Program-made: the position numbers and the translations under genes
Notes under the pieces: model-generated
Database searches by the model: none
The model's input: the letters and a program-made list of their open reading frames with translations, nothing else
What the model was told of the DNA's origin: nothing
Shown: positions 49,129 to 62,339 of the stretch, one piece after another
How the letters are laid out: each line of letters opens with the position of its first letter
How positions within the stretch are numbered: the first letter of the stretch is position 1
Source: Rhynchobatus australiae
Taxonomy: Eukaryota
Assembly: GCA_034780895.1 (NCBI GenBank)
Contig: JAUZTB010000027.1
Span: 32,178,092-32,242,091 of the forward strand
DNA: 64,000 nt
Direction: 5' to 3'

Positions 49129-50737
49129 CCATTTCTTGCAAATTGCCAAATGCAAGGAGAATATATTCATAAAAATTCAAACTTTATATTTTATAAAATG
49201 CCAAGCAATTATTTTAATGAAGTGTATTCTTTTGCAGGCCAAGTAGGCTGATTCTAGAAGTAATCTGTAAGCGGCGGTTCTGAATTTGCAACTTTACTCA
49301 TTTGGTAGTGGACTCAAATCTGACTGCTGGGTGGTAATACAACAAAACCAGCCCTGTAGCTGAACAGGAGTGCCAGTGAGCAGCAGAAGCTGACGTCTAG
49401 TAGCAGGGCCCCATTCATTTTGCTTATTGATAACTGTTAGGAATTGTTTGGGACACCTTCAGGGGTTATGGAATATGGGGAGCAGCTGGTTAATTCACAT
49501 GAGAATCAGTCTTCCAAAAAAAACTGTTCGTAATTTAGCTTCTACTGATATTTTAAGGCTATCAAAACCAGTCATCAGGTGTGGGGCATTCTGGTTCTGT
49601 ACCATTGTGACTATGCAGGGAAAGACAATAAATGAATGTTCATTTTAATCAGCTTTCATTAAAACCCCCATGATGAAAGGGCATTAACTGGCCATCTCCT
49701 GAATTAACACATTGTTAAAGACACTCATGGCATGTCTGTTCTGTCAATTNNNNNNNNNNNNNNNNNNNNNNNNNNNNNNNNNNNNNNNNNNNNNNNNNNN
49801 NNNNNNNNNNNNNNNNNNNNNNNNNNNNNNNNNNNNNNNNNNNNNNNNNNNNNNNNNNNNNNNNNNNNNNNNNNNNNNNNNNNNNNNNNNNNNNNNNNNN
49901 NNNNNNNNNNNNNNNNNNNNNNNNNNNNNNNNNNNNNNNNNNTATTCAGGAAGCCATTCCTCAACACCGTAGTAGGAGAAGTATATTTTGGGTGTCTGAT
50001 ATTTTGGATTTAGAGTCCCTCGGACCAGCCACTGGTACTTAAATATTCAAAGCGGTTCTGTTGGTTGGTATGTGCTCCCATTCTGCAAAAGTTACCCATC
50101 TACAATCAGACCACAAGGAAGATCCTTTCAACAGGAAGCTCCCCAGGTTGAAAACCAGTGTATATTAACCTATTATGCCATAAAGGCTCCAGCTTGATTT
50201 TGAGAATCACTGCAGGCATTCACAACAATGGACAGCGATTGAATCATTCTTGTCAGCATTGCCATTCTCCCATTCATGAAGATATTGAAGAGTCATAGAT
50301 GCTTTTACACTTCAGCATAAACCAAAAGGGGAGGAAAGAAAAGTAGATAAAATTAGGGAAAAGCTGCAGCTGGAGGAAGGATTATGGCCAACATTCCTCA
50401 TTTCGTCACTCTCTAATGGTTGGAATTTTTTTTTCCCCCAAACAATTCTAAAATGGTAAAACCGGTCTCATGCAAAACATTCCTTTACATGAAGCTCTAA
50501 GATAAAGGGCAAAACTGGTAGACCGGATGACTACATTAAATGCGATGCATTACTCAAGAAAGTCACAAGGGACTCAAAGTGTTTGAAATGGAGTGTCAGA
50601 TTTCTGAGAAATAAATACCAAGGATTGACTTTTGTCTCCCAATTGGTCAACAGTATACTTCAACAGCAGTTAGAAAAGAAAAGGTCAATTTAGCAAAAAG
50701 CCATCATTTTCCCTCAGTGGGTCATGGACAAAAGTTT

Positions 50738-50935
50738 AATATAGACAATGGACACTCCATATAGACAATGGACATATAGACACACCATATAGACAATGGA
50801 TATGTAGACATATCATATAGACAATGGACAGTTCATATAGACAATGGACACTCCATATAGACAATGGACACTCCATATAGACAATGGACACTCCATATAG
50901 ACAAAGTTTAATATAGAAAATGGACGCTCCATATA
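50738..50935. repeat. Minisatellite, 20-bp unit ATATAGACAATGGACACTCC
   Basis: Perfect consecutive units around 50835-50900, flanked by degenerate and truncated units. Confidence 0.92.
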
Positions 50936-53900
50936 AAAAATCTGAGTCCACAATGGCTATCTTCATATTCACCTTGCTCTAATTTCAAATCACCTGTATT
51001 TAGATGAATCTCTAAGAGCAAATCTGACCAACTGCTCCTCATTTCAGCAGAAGGATTGGGAGGAGCTGAAGTGAACCAATTTATTGTGTACAGAGAATGC
51101 CTGAAAGCCACTTCAGTCAGGTTATGAATGAATTTGGCACATTTAGAGCTTTAAAAAGAATTAAATCTACATTTATACCATCTGTAGAAAAATACAGAGT
51201 ATTAATTTTTTATGTTCTTCATTAGTCTCTGATTTTTGTTGTAATTTATTCAGNNNNNNNNNNNNNNNNNNNNNNNNNNNNNGTGGTTGCTGCACTTCAT
51301 TCAACTATGAGTTGCAGCCTCAAAATGATTTCATTCTTCAGAATGTTGTCAGGTAGCTGGTTTAATCATCTAACACAAAAATGCATTTGGCTATAATTAT
51401 ACATAAATATTAAATATATAGTTAACAGAGTCATCTTACTGGCAGGGGGAGAAGTTTCAAACAGCTGAATTGAAGAGTGAAATTAAAAATGTATCCCTAA
51501 AAATCACTTCCCGATGCAGTACACTTCAAAATCATGGTTTTATTATTGGAGTGTATTCAGTCACATTGAGAGATGGAGAAAATATCGAAAGTGGATACAT
51601 CACATTCTTAACTATATAATTTGCAACCTGGAACCCCTCCCATCAATATCTCCCCTACTCACACCTAATAGCGATAATAACTTCCCACCAGTGTTTGTGT
51701 CGGTGGCCAAAGTGACCTACGAAAATGGAGAATACTTTGTGCCTGTAGCAATTTGCATTAAAATTAATTATATTCTATAATTTGCAATATCACACTTGGG
51801 ATTGACTTAACCCAAGTAGTTAATTATGTTCTTTGCCACACAAGAAGGACCTTCTGTTAAAACTTACTATTCATTAGTTATTGAGTTCCTTCTAATACTC
51901 GAGAACCTCCTGACAGAAATTTTCCTGATCTCCTACCTCTTCTTCAATGAAAACTGCAGAAATGCATTCAGTAAAAGCAAACATATTTTTTTTACTAATC
52001 TTCAGCTAAAGTTATGGTGAGATATTATAAGTCCAGAGGGAATTCTCTTTTATGTTCAGTTGTAGATCAGTTGGTAGATCCAATTTTCCACTGTACACAG
52101 GAATTAGGATCACATTAACCAAAGCTGCACAAGTCCATGTGTGATATCACATCATCAATGCATTGTGGTATTAGATCAGTATTCCCCCTCGGTCACAGAC
52201 ATGAGAAGTCTATTCCACCCATTAAAGTTGTTTCCCTTATATTCCAACTCTTTTGTTGAAGTTGAACATCTTCTTGATGAATGAAGAAATGAAATAAATC
52301 ATGACAGGCCAGGATTGTTTTCAGGTATATCCCAGCAGCTGGTTAGAGTGGTGCTGGTGAATGTGGAAAAACCAGCTCCATGCGACTTTCCTGATTTAGA
52401 ACTTAATATAGAGATCAAAACATTGAAAAACTGAAGTATAGACAGAAAACAGAATTGGGATATCAGGTTACCTTTGAATTGGGGCTGATTGAGTGCACAT
52501 TCCTATCTACAGCTTTTACTTAAAAAAACAGCTCCTCTGCACTCCTTTGCATAGAAAGAAACTCAATTGTACATTCCTTTTGTCAATAGTCAAAAAAGTT
52601 GTAAAGTATATAATATCTGAAAATTAAAATAATGTGTTATGTTTCTCTATAATTACTACCAACTAATATCAGAATCTTCACTTAAGGAATTTAAAACTGN
52701 NNNNNNNNNNNNNNNNNNNNNNNNATTCTTCATTTCAACAATGAATGTTGCAAGAATATAAACTAGCCATTGATTGCATTGATGCATAGCAGCTTTGATC
52801 TTAGGTATTTCCATAAAATGACTTCAAATCAGATTTAGAAAATGCCAGTAGGTTTAAGTATTAAGGTTTAAGGCTACTTAATACTCTACTTACAAGGTGA
52901 CATGGCATATTGCAAAGCACCTACTTAAATAAGGAATGAGTATAAAAGCAAATCTGATATCTAATTGAGCATATTTAAGAGGGTATCATAGGTTTTTAAA
53001 GTAAAATAGAATACAAGGCCAGAGAGATGTATATACTTCACTGGCCACACCATTTTATGTTTTTGCAAATTAAAATTTTCAGTAAACTATAACTTAACCA
53101 CTAATTACATCATTGTAGGAGGAAACAGCATTAGACAAATAAGGCTTTCACAATCACCTGGAAACTTAAATATGGTATATTAATCCAGACCAAACTGCTG
53201 TCTATAATGAAGGTACATAATACGACTGAATTACCTTGTATTAGGCATTGCATTAAGGTGATAAAATGGTTTATCCGCTGTGACACAGGCATATCCTGTG
53301 TCATGCACATTAAGGAGATCACACTTAGCTAGCAGGTCCTTGGAGGATAGACATATCATGAACATAATGACAAATTAAGATTTTTATTCAGAGTCACCTG
53401 GCACATAAACCCATTTCAAAAATAATTAATATGCACAGGAAAAACACATATTTAATGGACTATTTTGTGAAAAATCACAATGGCTGTTCTTTAAAAAACC
53501 CTTGCTTGTGCCACAGAAGTACGGCAATTATTAAGCACAATATTGATTCCATTAGTATAAATAGTTCAGTTCATTGCATATTTTTGAAATGATCTTTGCT
53601 TAACTACATAAAGAATGAGTGAATGCACAGCGTGGTAAGTATTAAATTAGGGAGGAGTTAAATGACTGATCTGATAGATTTCCACAGAAAAAAAGCACAA
53701 AAGCACAATGGAACAGTGATAGCATGAGGAGAAACAGGAGATGTGAAAAAGTTAGTGAGCCAGTAACTAGCTCTTTTGTTATTACAGTGAAGGGAGATAA
53801 AGTTCTGATCCTTCCCTTCCTCTCCACCCACTAATCCAAACCCCCTGGGACATGGATACTTTCTTGCTTTGAAGATAATTTAAATGATGACACCAACATT

Positions 53901-54167
53901 TCCCCTCAGCCAGTGCTTCCCCTCCCCCCCGAAAGCAATCATTGTGTTTTTCCCAGAGAAAATGCTAATACATTCTTGTACACAGATTGTATTTTAAAAT
54001 AATGATTGGGAATCTTTGTTTGAGGAGGTTGTTCCTATATTCTTCTTCAATTCGGGAACTCCTAGATCCAAAAGAGAGATTTTTAAAAATTAAGCCATTT
54101 ACAGTCACTCAGACAGACCGTATAGCCAAAAGCTGTAGCGAAACTGGGCTGATAGGAGCAGAGACAT

Positions 54168-54325
54168 AAAAGAATGCAGATGCTGGAATCTGGAGCAACA
54201 AACAATTGGCTGGAGGTATTCTGTGGAACAAACAGCATCCATGGGAGGAAAGGAATTGTCAATGTTTTATGTCACACAGATGCTGCTAGATCCACTGATT
54301 TCCTCCAGCAGCTTGTTCGCTGCTT
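54168..54325. mobile_element. Short fold-back Penelope-like relic
   Basis: tgcagatgctggaatctggagcaacaaacaattggctggagg..cagcatccatggga and inverted acagatgctgctagatccactgatttcctccagcagcttgtt. Confidence 0.65.
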
Positions 54326-54994
54326 GTAGGAGTGGTGTTCTCTCTTGATTGCAGGAAGAAACCTGGTCATGAGGTGGGAAGTGCTCTCAGTGTTGCTGTA
54401 CAGATGTGACCCATACCTCACTCCNNNNNNNNNNNNNNNNNNNNNNNNNNNNNNNNNNNNNNNNNNNNNNNNNNNNNNNNNNNNNNNNNNNNNNNNNNNN
54501 NNNNNNNNNNNNNNNNNNNNNNNNGCCACCTGAGACACCTTGCATTCATCTGCAGATTAAAAATGGATTGGGTCAACAGGAACACAATGTACAAATCTCC
54601 ATTGAAGGGGACTGGCAGGGGGAAACGTGGCTCTCATCCTTTTGGCTCGATTTGTGTGTGGCTACACTTAGCTAGGCAAATACAAAGTGTCACTTTATGC
54701 AGAGTTTCTTCCCATCTTTTGGATCTGGCCACATTGTCACAGAATGTTCCATTCAATCAGAACATGCTGTATCATCTATTCCTTATTGAAAGATCTGTGC
54801 CTTTGACCCACAAGTCAATCAGGCAACAGTCTGAACAGAGGCCAGGAGGGAATAGGAGATGGTGGATTCTGTCAGATGGCAGCCAGAACAGACTGTCAAG
54901 GTCATTTGGCAGGATCACCAAAGCTTTCAAGCAAGCAGGAAGGCTTTGCTTGACAGGTGGGGAGAACGGCCACTCTGTCAAATCCTTCACGGAC

Positions 54995-55166
54995 TGTGAG
55001 AAGCTAATCAACTCAGTGAGACACACACTTAGGTCTGACTGACACATGCAGAGCTGTCCGTGACTGAATGCTGCAGAATTCCAAGGAGCAGGACTGTGTG
55101 CTGAGGGATACACTGAAACTTGGTGCAGCCACCATAAAAGCTCCATGGGGCAGGGTAACAGTTTAG
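54995..55166 (+). mobile_element. Tx1/L1-clade LINE ORF2 C-terminal relic
   Basis: Translation across frameshifts LINSVRHTLRS..ELSVTECCR..SKEQDCVLRDTLKLGAATIKAPWGRVTV* resembles the recalled chondrichthyan Tx1-like end INSVKDALWS..ECCRLAHSKVQDYVLRDALKLGAAAAKARWGKTTV*. Confidence 0.65.
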
Positions 55167-55530
55167 AGTCATAGAGAGATACAGCACAGAGACAGGCCAT
55201 TCGGCCCACCAAGTGCACACTGACCATCAACCACCCATTTACACTAATCCTGCACCAATCCTATTTTTCATTCTCTCCAACATTCTCATTGACTCCCCCT
55301 AGATTCTTTCACTCACCTTCGCGCTTGGGATAATTTACAGTGGCCAATTCATTCACCAATCCACACATCTTTGGGATGTGGGAGGAAACCGGAGCACCTG
55401 GGGGAACCCCACGTGGTCATGGGGAGAATGTGCAAATGCCATACAGATGGCACCTGAGGTCAGGACTGAACCTGGGTCTCTGGCGTTGTGAGGCAGCGAT
55501 TCTACGAGCTACACCAATATGCCACTCTCC
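55163..55530 (-). mobile_element. HE1-like V-SINE
   Basis: agagtcatagagagatacagcacagagacaggccattcggccca tail, ctttgggatgtgggaggaaaccggagcacc V-domain, tRNA-like head. Confidence 0.9.
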
Positions 55531-58500
55531 CACCAATGGATAGGTAGGGACTGGAACCTGTACATAACCCTCTCACACTTATTGCTCAGATGTATGTAAA
55601 AGAAAAAAATGATGTCATGCTGATATAATGCAAACCTTGTAAGCAAATGAAATGATATGTTATGGTGTGAATGATGCATGCATAAATGTAGTGTATTATG
55701 TTTAATGTTTGGGGGGAATTTCAGCTCTTCATTGTTATTATTTTGGTTATACATTAGATTCTTCATGAGAAAACTTAATACAACCTAAATTCTTACTGGT
55801 ATTTTTATTAATTTAGGAATGATGTACGTATCAATGTTACTATTAAGTGTTTGTGTGCGTCTCCAAAGATGACATTACTGAAGGATGATTACCTGTTTTT
55901 TCAAATGCAGAACTATTATTGTTTAATTATTATTAGGACCTTGAAAATAACACTTGGCACTGAGTGTTTGTGTTGAGGAAAAACTTGATTGAACCTTCTT
56001 AATGTTGCTTGATCCAGTTGCAGGAAATTAAATAAGAGTATACTGTACTTCTCTACTTGCTTTTGTTTAATCACCCGTGAGCCAATACTATTTTTGGGTT
56101 GTGGACTTCAGTTTACATTTACAGTACAATGCACTCCATACAGAAGAAATCATTATTACAGTGCAACCTTGGAGGAAGAAGATTCTCTAATTAACATGTA
56201 ACAAAAGACTTAAAAAAATAGAGAATAGATAATGCCACCACTTAGAATGGAAACAGTCATGTAGGAGTTGCTCCCAGGTCAAACTGTTTCTTTGCAGATA
56301 ATGAACTCAATTATTCATTTATTGAAATTCATAAAGATATGTCCAATTGTAGGCAAACAGTTCATTTTTAAGAGCACCTTTCAGTATCTTTGCTGTGGAA
56401 ATGACAAGTGTACTACTCACTCACATACTCTCAATTTACTGTCTCCATCATAACCCTTTTAAATTAAAATGTAAATTCAAGAAAGCCTATCAGCTTCTCA
56501 TTAAGGCCACTGGTTTAAAAACCTCATTAATCAGCTCAAACATATGGACTAAAATACCACTCATCAATTCTATCTGCTTATGACACTTAACAAAGCTTTA
56601 TATTTGCCACAAACATACAGTGATCTATCAATTATCTTGGGGTTCACTCTTACACTAATTGTACATTTTCCCCTCTAATGCATTTTCACTGTTATCTCAT
56701 AGGCTAATGCNNNNNNNNNNNNNNNNNNNNNNNNNNNNNNNNNNNNNNNNNNNNNNNNNNNNNNNNNNNNNNNNNNNNNNNNNNNNNNNNNNNNNNNNNN
56801 NNNNNNNNNNNNNNNNNNNNNNNNNNNNNNNNNNNNNNNNNNCTTTGCAATCTAGTTATTGCTATGCCAGTCATAAAAGGAAGGCACACAGTTTGCCCAT
56901 GGAGCTCAGCCAGTTCAATTTTCAGTACAAGAGAGTTTGCTAAAGGATACATGAGCTCAGCTTAAGAGCTGCTGAAGAAAGTGACTGTTCAGTTAGGACA
57001 AAACATTTTATATTTGTTTCATGCATTGTCTTCAANNNNNNNNNNNNNNNNNNNNNNNNNNNNNNNNNNNNNNNNNNNNNNNNNNNNNNNNNNNNNNNNN
57101 NNNNNNNNNNNNNNNNNNNNNNNNNNNNNNNNNNNAGGAGGGGAAATATGAACTCAGACGGAAAACAAGAGTCTTAATTTTGATTAAAGTATTTTATTTT
57201 GAATGATATTTTCCTCAGGATATTTAGCCAAAGTCATTTGTCACCAAGATTTGTTTCTCTAACAACTCAGCTGTATACAATGGACCTAATAAATCTCCAG
57301 AGATTAGTGATTACTTTTAAGAAAACATCAACTTGCAGAGGTTTCAAAAAAATGATGGAAAATGTAAACCGTGGACCTGAGGATAAATACCTATTATCTC
57401 AGTTTTGCAACTTGTTTGTCAGTTATTTTTCCAAAACGCACAAAAAATAGGACAAAAAGCAACAAATGTTTTGGAAATTTCCATTTGCCTTTGAGCTATC
57501 GTCCATAAAGAGCTTAAGGTTACTTATAAATATACATTTTTTAAACCAGATATCTAATATTAGTTTAGTTCAACATTGCTTCTTCTCATGCATGTAGAAA
57601 GTAATTGGCATGCTGAAAGCTCCGATCCTAAATATGTGGAATATAGAACCATTTTGGGAAAGTGGGACCAGCCTGGAATAGTCTGTGCCAATCTGTGCTT
57701 TGATAATAATGGAGATCTAACAGCATCCTACCCATGCAAGGGAGGCTAGATTATCAGCCCATACCAACAGTAAATTGTCACATCCAGCAACTGAGGGATC
57801 CATTAACATCGCGTGTAGGGAAGTGGGAAGTGAACCATCAAAGTGATACATGCACTGTAGCAAAAAAGGCCAATCTGGGTGGATCCCCAGTAAAAATAAA
57901 ATGAACTCAGAATGATGCTCCCCTGCCCACTCCCAAGAGAGATGAGATAGATCTATCCAACAATAAAATACTCCGCAAACATTCTGGTGTTGTAGTCATG
58001 GTCTAGATTAATTTAAACAAAATATGTAACTGGAAAAGGATGGCATCCATGCCTGTCAAAAGAAGTGGTAGTGTTCTCTTTACAGCATTTTTTTTCCAGA
58101 TGGTGACCAGCAGATAGGAATGATCACTATGGCTCTGCCTCAAACCTTATATTGCAGAACCATAATCAATTGCCAGCTTAACCTTAAATTAAATCAACTA
58201 ATTCATTTTATGCTACTTAATATTGCAATGGCTTCTTTGTATTTCTGTTACTTTGTTTCTAATAATGCATCGGTAGTAGTCTTTTCCAATATCAGCTTTT
58301 GCTAATCTTCTCAGTCTTAACATTTTTTTTCATACCAGATACAAACTACTATTGATTTTATTAATGTGAAGCCAAAATGCAATCATCTCTTCTCTCAAAC
58401 TACATAATTAAAATGTATTTGATGAACTCCATTGCTCCTAACCAGCAACGAGAACGGAATGTTTGAGTCCACCAGGTCAAAGACTGATTAGATTTTATGA

Positions 58501-59499
58501 CTATGATACCGGTTCAGGGAATAGGTTGTTGACTGGTGACAGGAAAGACAAAACCCCTTTCCTTTAAATCATCAAAGCAGGTCACAAAGAAATGAGAATA
58601 CCAGAAGAAAGTCAAGAGAGAAACAAAAACAGAGGGGGTTTCCCTAAATCAGATCTACAGGTTGCATCGACTGATATTATCAAGATCGGCTAAAGATTCT
58701 TTTTAACCTGGAAAGAATGAGTCTGTAACCAACATTCCCCTTCTGACGTATTCCTCTGATTTCAACTTCATCTCATAGGATTCATGACTTTCTTGAGAAA
58801 AGGATTATTGAATTTTGAGGCTTCTTTAGCTCATCTTGATAATTCAAGTGGTTTTCCACTTAAGCATGATGCACATTCTGCCCAGTTGTTAAACTCATCA
58901 GAGACTGTAGTTGTAATATTAATTGGGTTTGTGTGTGAATCTCTGATCCCAAGCCTTTGCACTCTTGTCACCGAGAAGGCTTTGAGATGCAAGATTATAC
59001 TCAGAGCCTCAGATAAAGATAAACAACATATTTAGAACAACAATTATTATAATTGNNNNNNNACTCAGCTGTAAAATAACTAAATCTGATTAAGGGTCCT
59101 TCTTCATGATCAAATATTAATCTGATGTCTTCTGTCTAACCTGGTTCCAACATAAGAGGCTTCTTGCAGTCTTATGTATTAACAGATTTGCATAAGGCTT
59201 TCAGAGCTGAACTCATACTACCTAATAATAATGTGAATCAAAGTCAATGCAATAAACAGGTCATTACGGCACTTTTATCCAAAGCTGTATAATAAGAACT
59301 CTATTACTAAGGGTTTTGAAATTCAAGTTGAAGATTTTGACTAATCATATTCAGTTATTAAATTGATTTACATATTTTTCAACCTTATTGAAATCCTCAT
59401 TAGACAAACTGATTGAGACCCACAATCACTTACTTAAAGCTGTTTATCAGTAGGTGGGTAAACAGAGCCTTCAAAAGGGAAAATAAAACAATTCTACTG

Positions 59500-62280
59500 G
59501 TATCTGAAGGGAAAGATTCAGAAGAAAATGCTTGACCTAAAGAACAGGTGCTGGGTAGAAGCAGCACAGGAGAGCCATCAATTCCCTGTCAACCATGACT
59601 TGCATGGATTCTTCAGAGCTTTCAAAACCATCTCCAGCCCGATCACCCAAAGGATCCACCCACTGAGAGCCTGGAGTGGAGGAGAGATTACCAAAGCCAA
59701 CATGGCAGCAAGTGCCCATCGGAAGGAACACTTCGAAAAACTCCTCAGATGTGACGCTGTCCTTGATGTGGCGTCTTTGATTCCATCCCACAGCAAACTA
59801 TCTGGTCCAGCCTTGGCACTAGATAGCAAGAAATCAAAAAGGCCACTTGTCAATAATAATTAAAAAAAAACAAGGCTTCGGGAGCAGATGTTATCCCTGC
59901 TGAATTTCTATGTCTGAACAGAGAGGAGCTTCAGACACAACCTCTTCAACCGTATCTGGGAATTGAAGGAAATTCGGAGAGGCCTCAGAGTTGCTATAAT
60001 AGTGGGCCTTGTTCAGACAGGAGATTAAATTGATGACCACAACTGGAGAGAGATCTTCCTGCTGTCTGCCAAAGCAAAATTCATTGCATGGGTTCTTCTG
60101 AACTGCCTCCTCTAAATGTCAAATGAGCTGTTTCCTAAACCACAGCATGAATTCCATCCATTTAGGGGCAACAAAACCCAGGCCTCTGTACCTCCCTCTG
60201 CAACTGGATCCTCGACTTCCTTATAGGGAGATTACCGTCAGTGCGGATCGGTAACAACATCTCCTCCTCACTGACAGTCAACACAGGCACACCTCAAGGA
60301 TGTGCGCTTAGCCCTCTGCTCTACTCTCTCTACACTCATGACTGTTTGGCTAAGCACAGCTCAAACACCATCTATAAATTTGCTGATGACACCACTATTG
60401 TTGGAGTCTCAGATGGCGAAAAGGAGGTGTACAGGAGCGAGATGAATCCGCTCTCAACAACCTCACACCAGTAGCTCTACTTCATTAGGAGATGGAGGAG
60501 ATTCTTGCAAGTTTCTATAGATCTACAGTGGAGAGCATTATGACTGGTTACATCACAGCCTGTGTATGGAGGCTCCAATGCACAGGATCACAAGAGGCTG
60601 CAGAGGGTTGTAGAATCAGCCAGATCCATCACAGGCACATCTTCAAGAGGCGGTATCTCAAGAAGGCGGCATCCATCACTAAGAACCTTCACCATTTGGG
60701 ACACGCCTTCTCCTCGTTACTACCATCGGAGAGGAGGTACAGGAGCCTGAAGACCCACACTCAATGAGTTAGGAACAGCTTCTTCTCCTCCACCGTCAGA
60801 TTTCTGAGTGGTACATGAACATTACCTCATTGTTCCTTTTTTCCACTATTTATTTATTTTGTAATTTATAGTATTTTTATATCTTTGCACTGTACTGCTG
60901 CTGCAAAACAACAAATTTCATGATATACAAGTCAATGATAATTAACCTGATTCTGACAACTGCAAGAGAAAAGCAGGGTGCACCAACAACCACTCAATGT
61001 GGCTTTTTTTAAAGTTCACTCATTCAGTCAAAAAGACTGTGGAGAAACCTTTACAAATCTGGCTGCCCTCAGAAATTTGTCTCCATTCTAAGTCTGCTAC
61101 ATGATGCCATGCAAGCTGTCATCAAAATCAACAGGTTCATAACACGGCTACTGTCAGTGCAGACCAATGTCAAGCTAGGCTGTATTAGCAACTGAACATT
61201 TCTCTTAACCTTTGTTGCTGCAATGTTGCACCTCATCTCGAACAGGCTTCCTGCTGAAGTGGAGCTAAAATGGGAAACTGTTGAAATGACAACATCTCCA
61301 TTGCAGAACCAAGATCACTCTAACCTCAGTCATTATGCCACAGTGTCCAGGTGATGCTGATGTGTGTGCTTGGAAGTTGAGTTCCAAGTTACCATCACTT
61401 TGTTCATTGAACCACTAAGGGAATGGGCTTTATACTAAACATCCACATAACAAAGGTCATCTACCAACCTGCCCCTTTTGCCCCTACTGGACAAGAACGC
61501 CCCACCACCAGCTCCTTGAAAAGATGTCCCACCTTCTACAATTCCAAAGCCATCGCTCATCAAAGGCAGACACCACCTTCACTGTACCAACATAGCTCTT
61601 GGAAATCTGAGGAAAAGGTGGCTTAAAATCAAGATTTCAAATATGATACAAGATTCAAGCTTTTCTAGGCAGCAATATTACCTGTCCTACCATGTGTGCT
61701 GAGATGGGGACCATCTGCCACGGGGACCTCAATGCATTGGAGAGATATCACCAAAACTGTTTCTGCAGAATGCCCCAAATCCAATGACAGGATAAGCAAA
61801 TCAATATCAGTTCCCTGTCTGAGGCCAACATCCCTAACATTGCAGCCCTGATTTCAATCAGTCAGCTACAATGCGCAGGTCAAATCTCCTGTTTACCCAA
61901 CACCAAATGTTCTAAAACAAGCTCTCTTCTCCAATTTTGGTCAGAGCAAGAGGGTCCAGCTGGACACAGGAAATGATTCAAGGATTTTCACACAGTCGCT
62001 GAGAATATATCACTTCTCCTCTGATATGCGGGAATTCTGGGCAAAGTGGAGAAGCAGCATTCGGGACATCTCTGAGAACCTTGCATCAAGAGCACATAGA
62101 AGCTTGGTGTAAATGGAATGAGTGCACTACCTCCCACATAACACAACCACATACTCCAACATATAACTTCAAAGCCACCTAAAGCAGTTTGTAGATCCCA
62201 CACTGGCTTCATCAACCACCACAGAATCTACAGAAATAAGTCATTCTCAAGTCCAAGGGGCTGGTTAAAAAGAAAAAGAT
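59500..62280 (+). mobile_element. Degenerate RTE-clade LINE (pseudogenised ORF), interrupted by a Rex1-like insertion
   Basis: DLKNRCWVEAAQE..HDLHGFFRAFKTI..KEHFEKLL, KASGADVIPAEF, decayed NYRGISLLS..K, QLQEKSRV..GCPQKFVSILSLLHD, C-terminal CRSHTGFINHHRI zinc-finger relic and aaagaaaaaga tail. Confidence 0.85.
60172..60956 (+). mobile_element. 5'-truncated, internally deleted Rex1/Babar-like LINE
   Basis: [59 protein letters not shown] (RT core), FYRSTVESIMTG, RRYRSLKTHT, tail ctgattctga. Confidence 0.92.
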
Positions 62281-62339
62281 TCAAAATGATCTACTTGCCT
62301 AATATCACCAATCATTGTGATGCAGGATTTGTCTCTGCA

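Noticed and set aside
50738-50935. CRISPR-like repeat-spacer look
   Set aside because: Vertebrate DNA, contiguous 20-bp units, spacers short and unit-derived, no cas genes
53281-53303. Perfect 9-bp hairpin tgacacagg-catat-cctgtgtca
   Set aside because: Expected by chance in 64 kb and too short for a pre-miRNA
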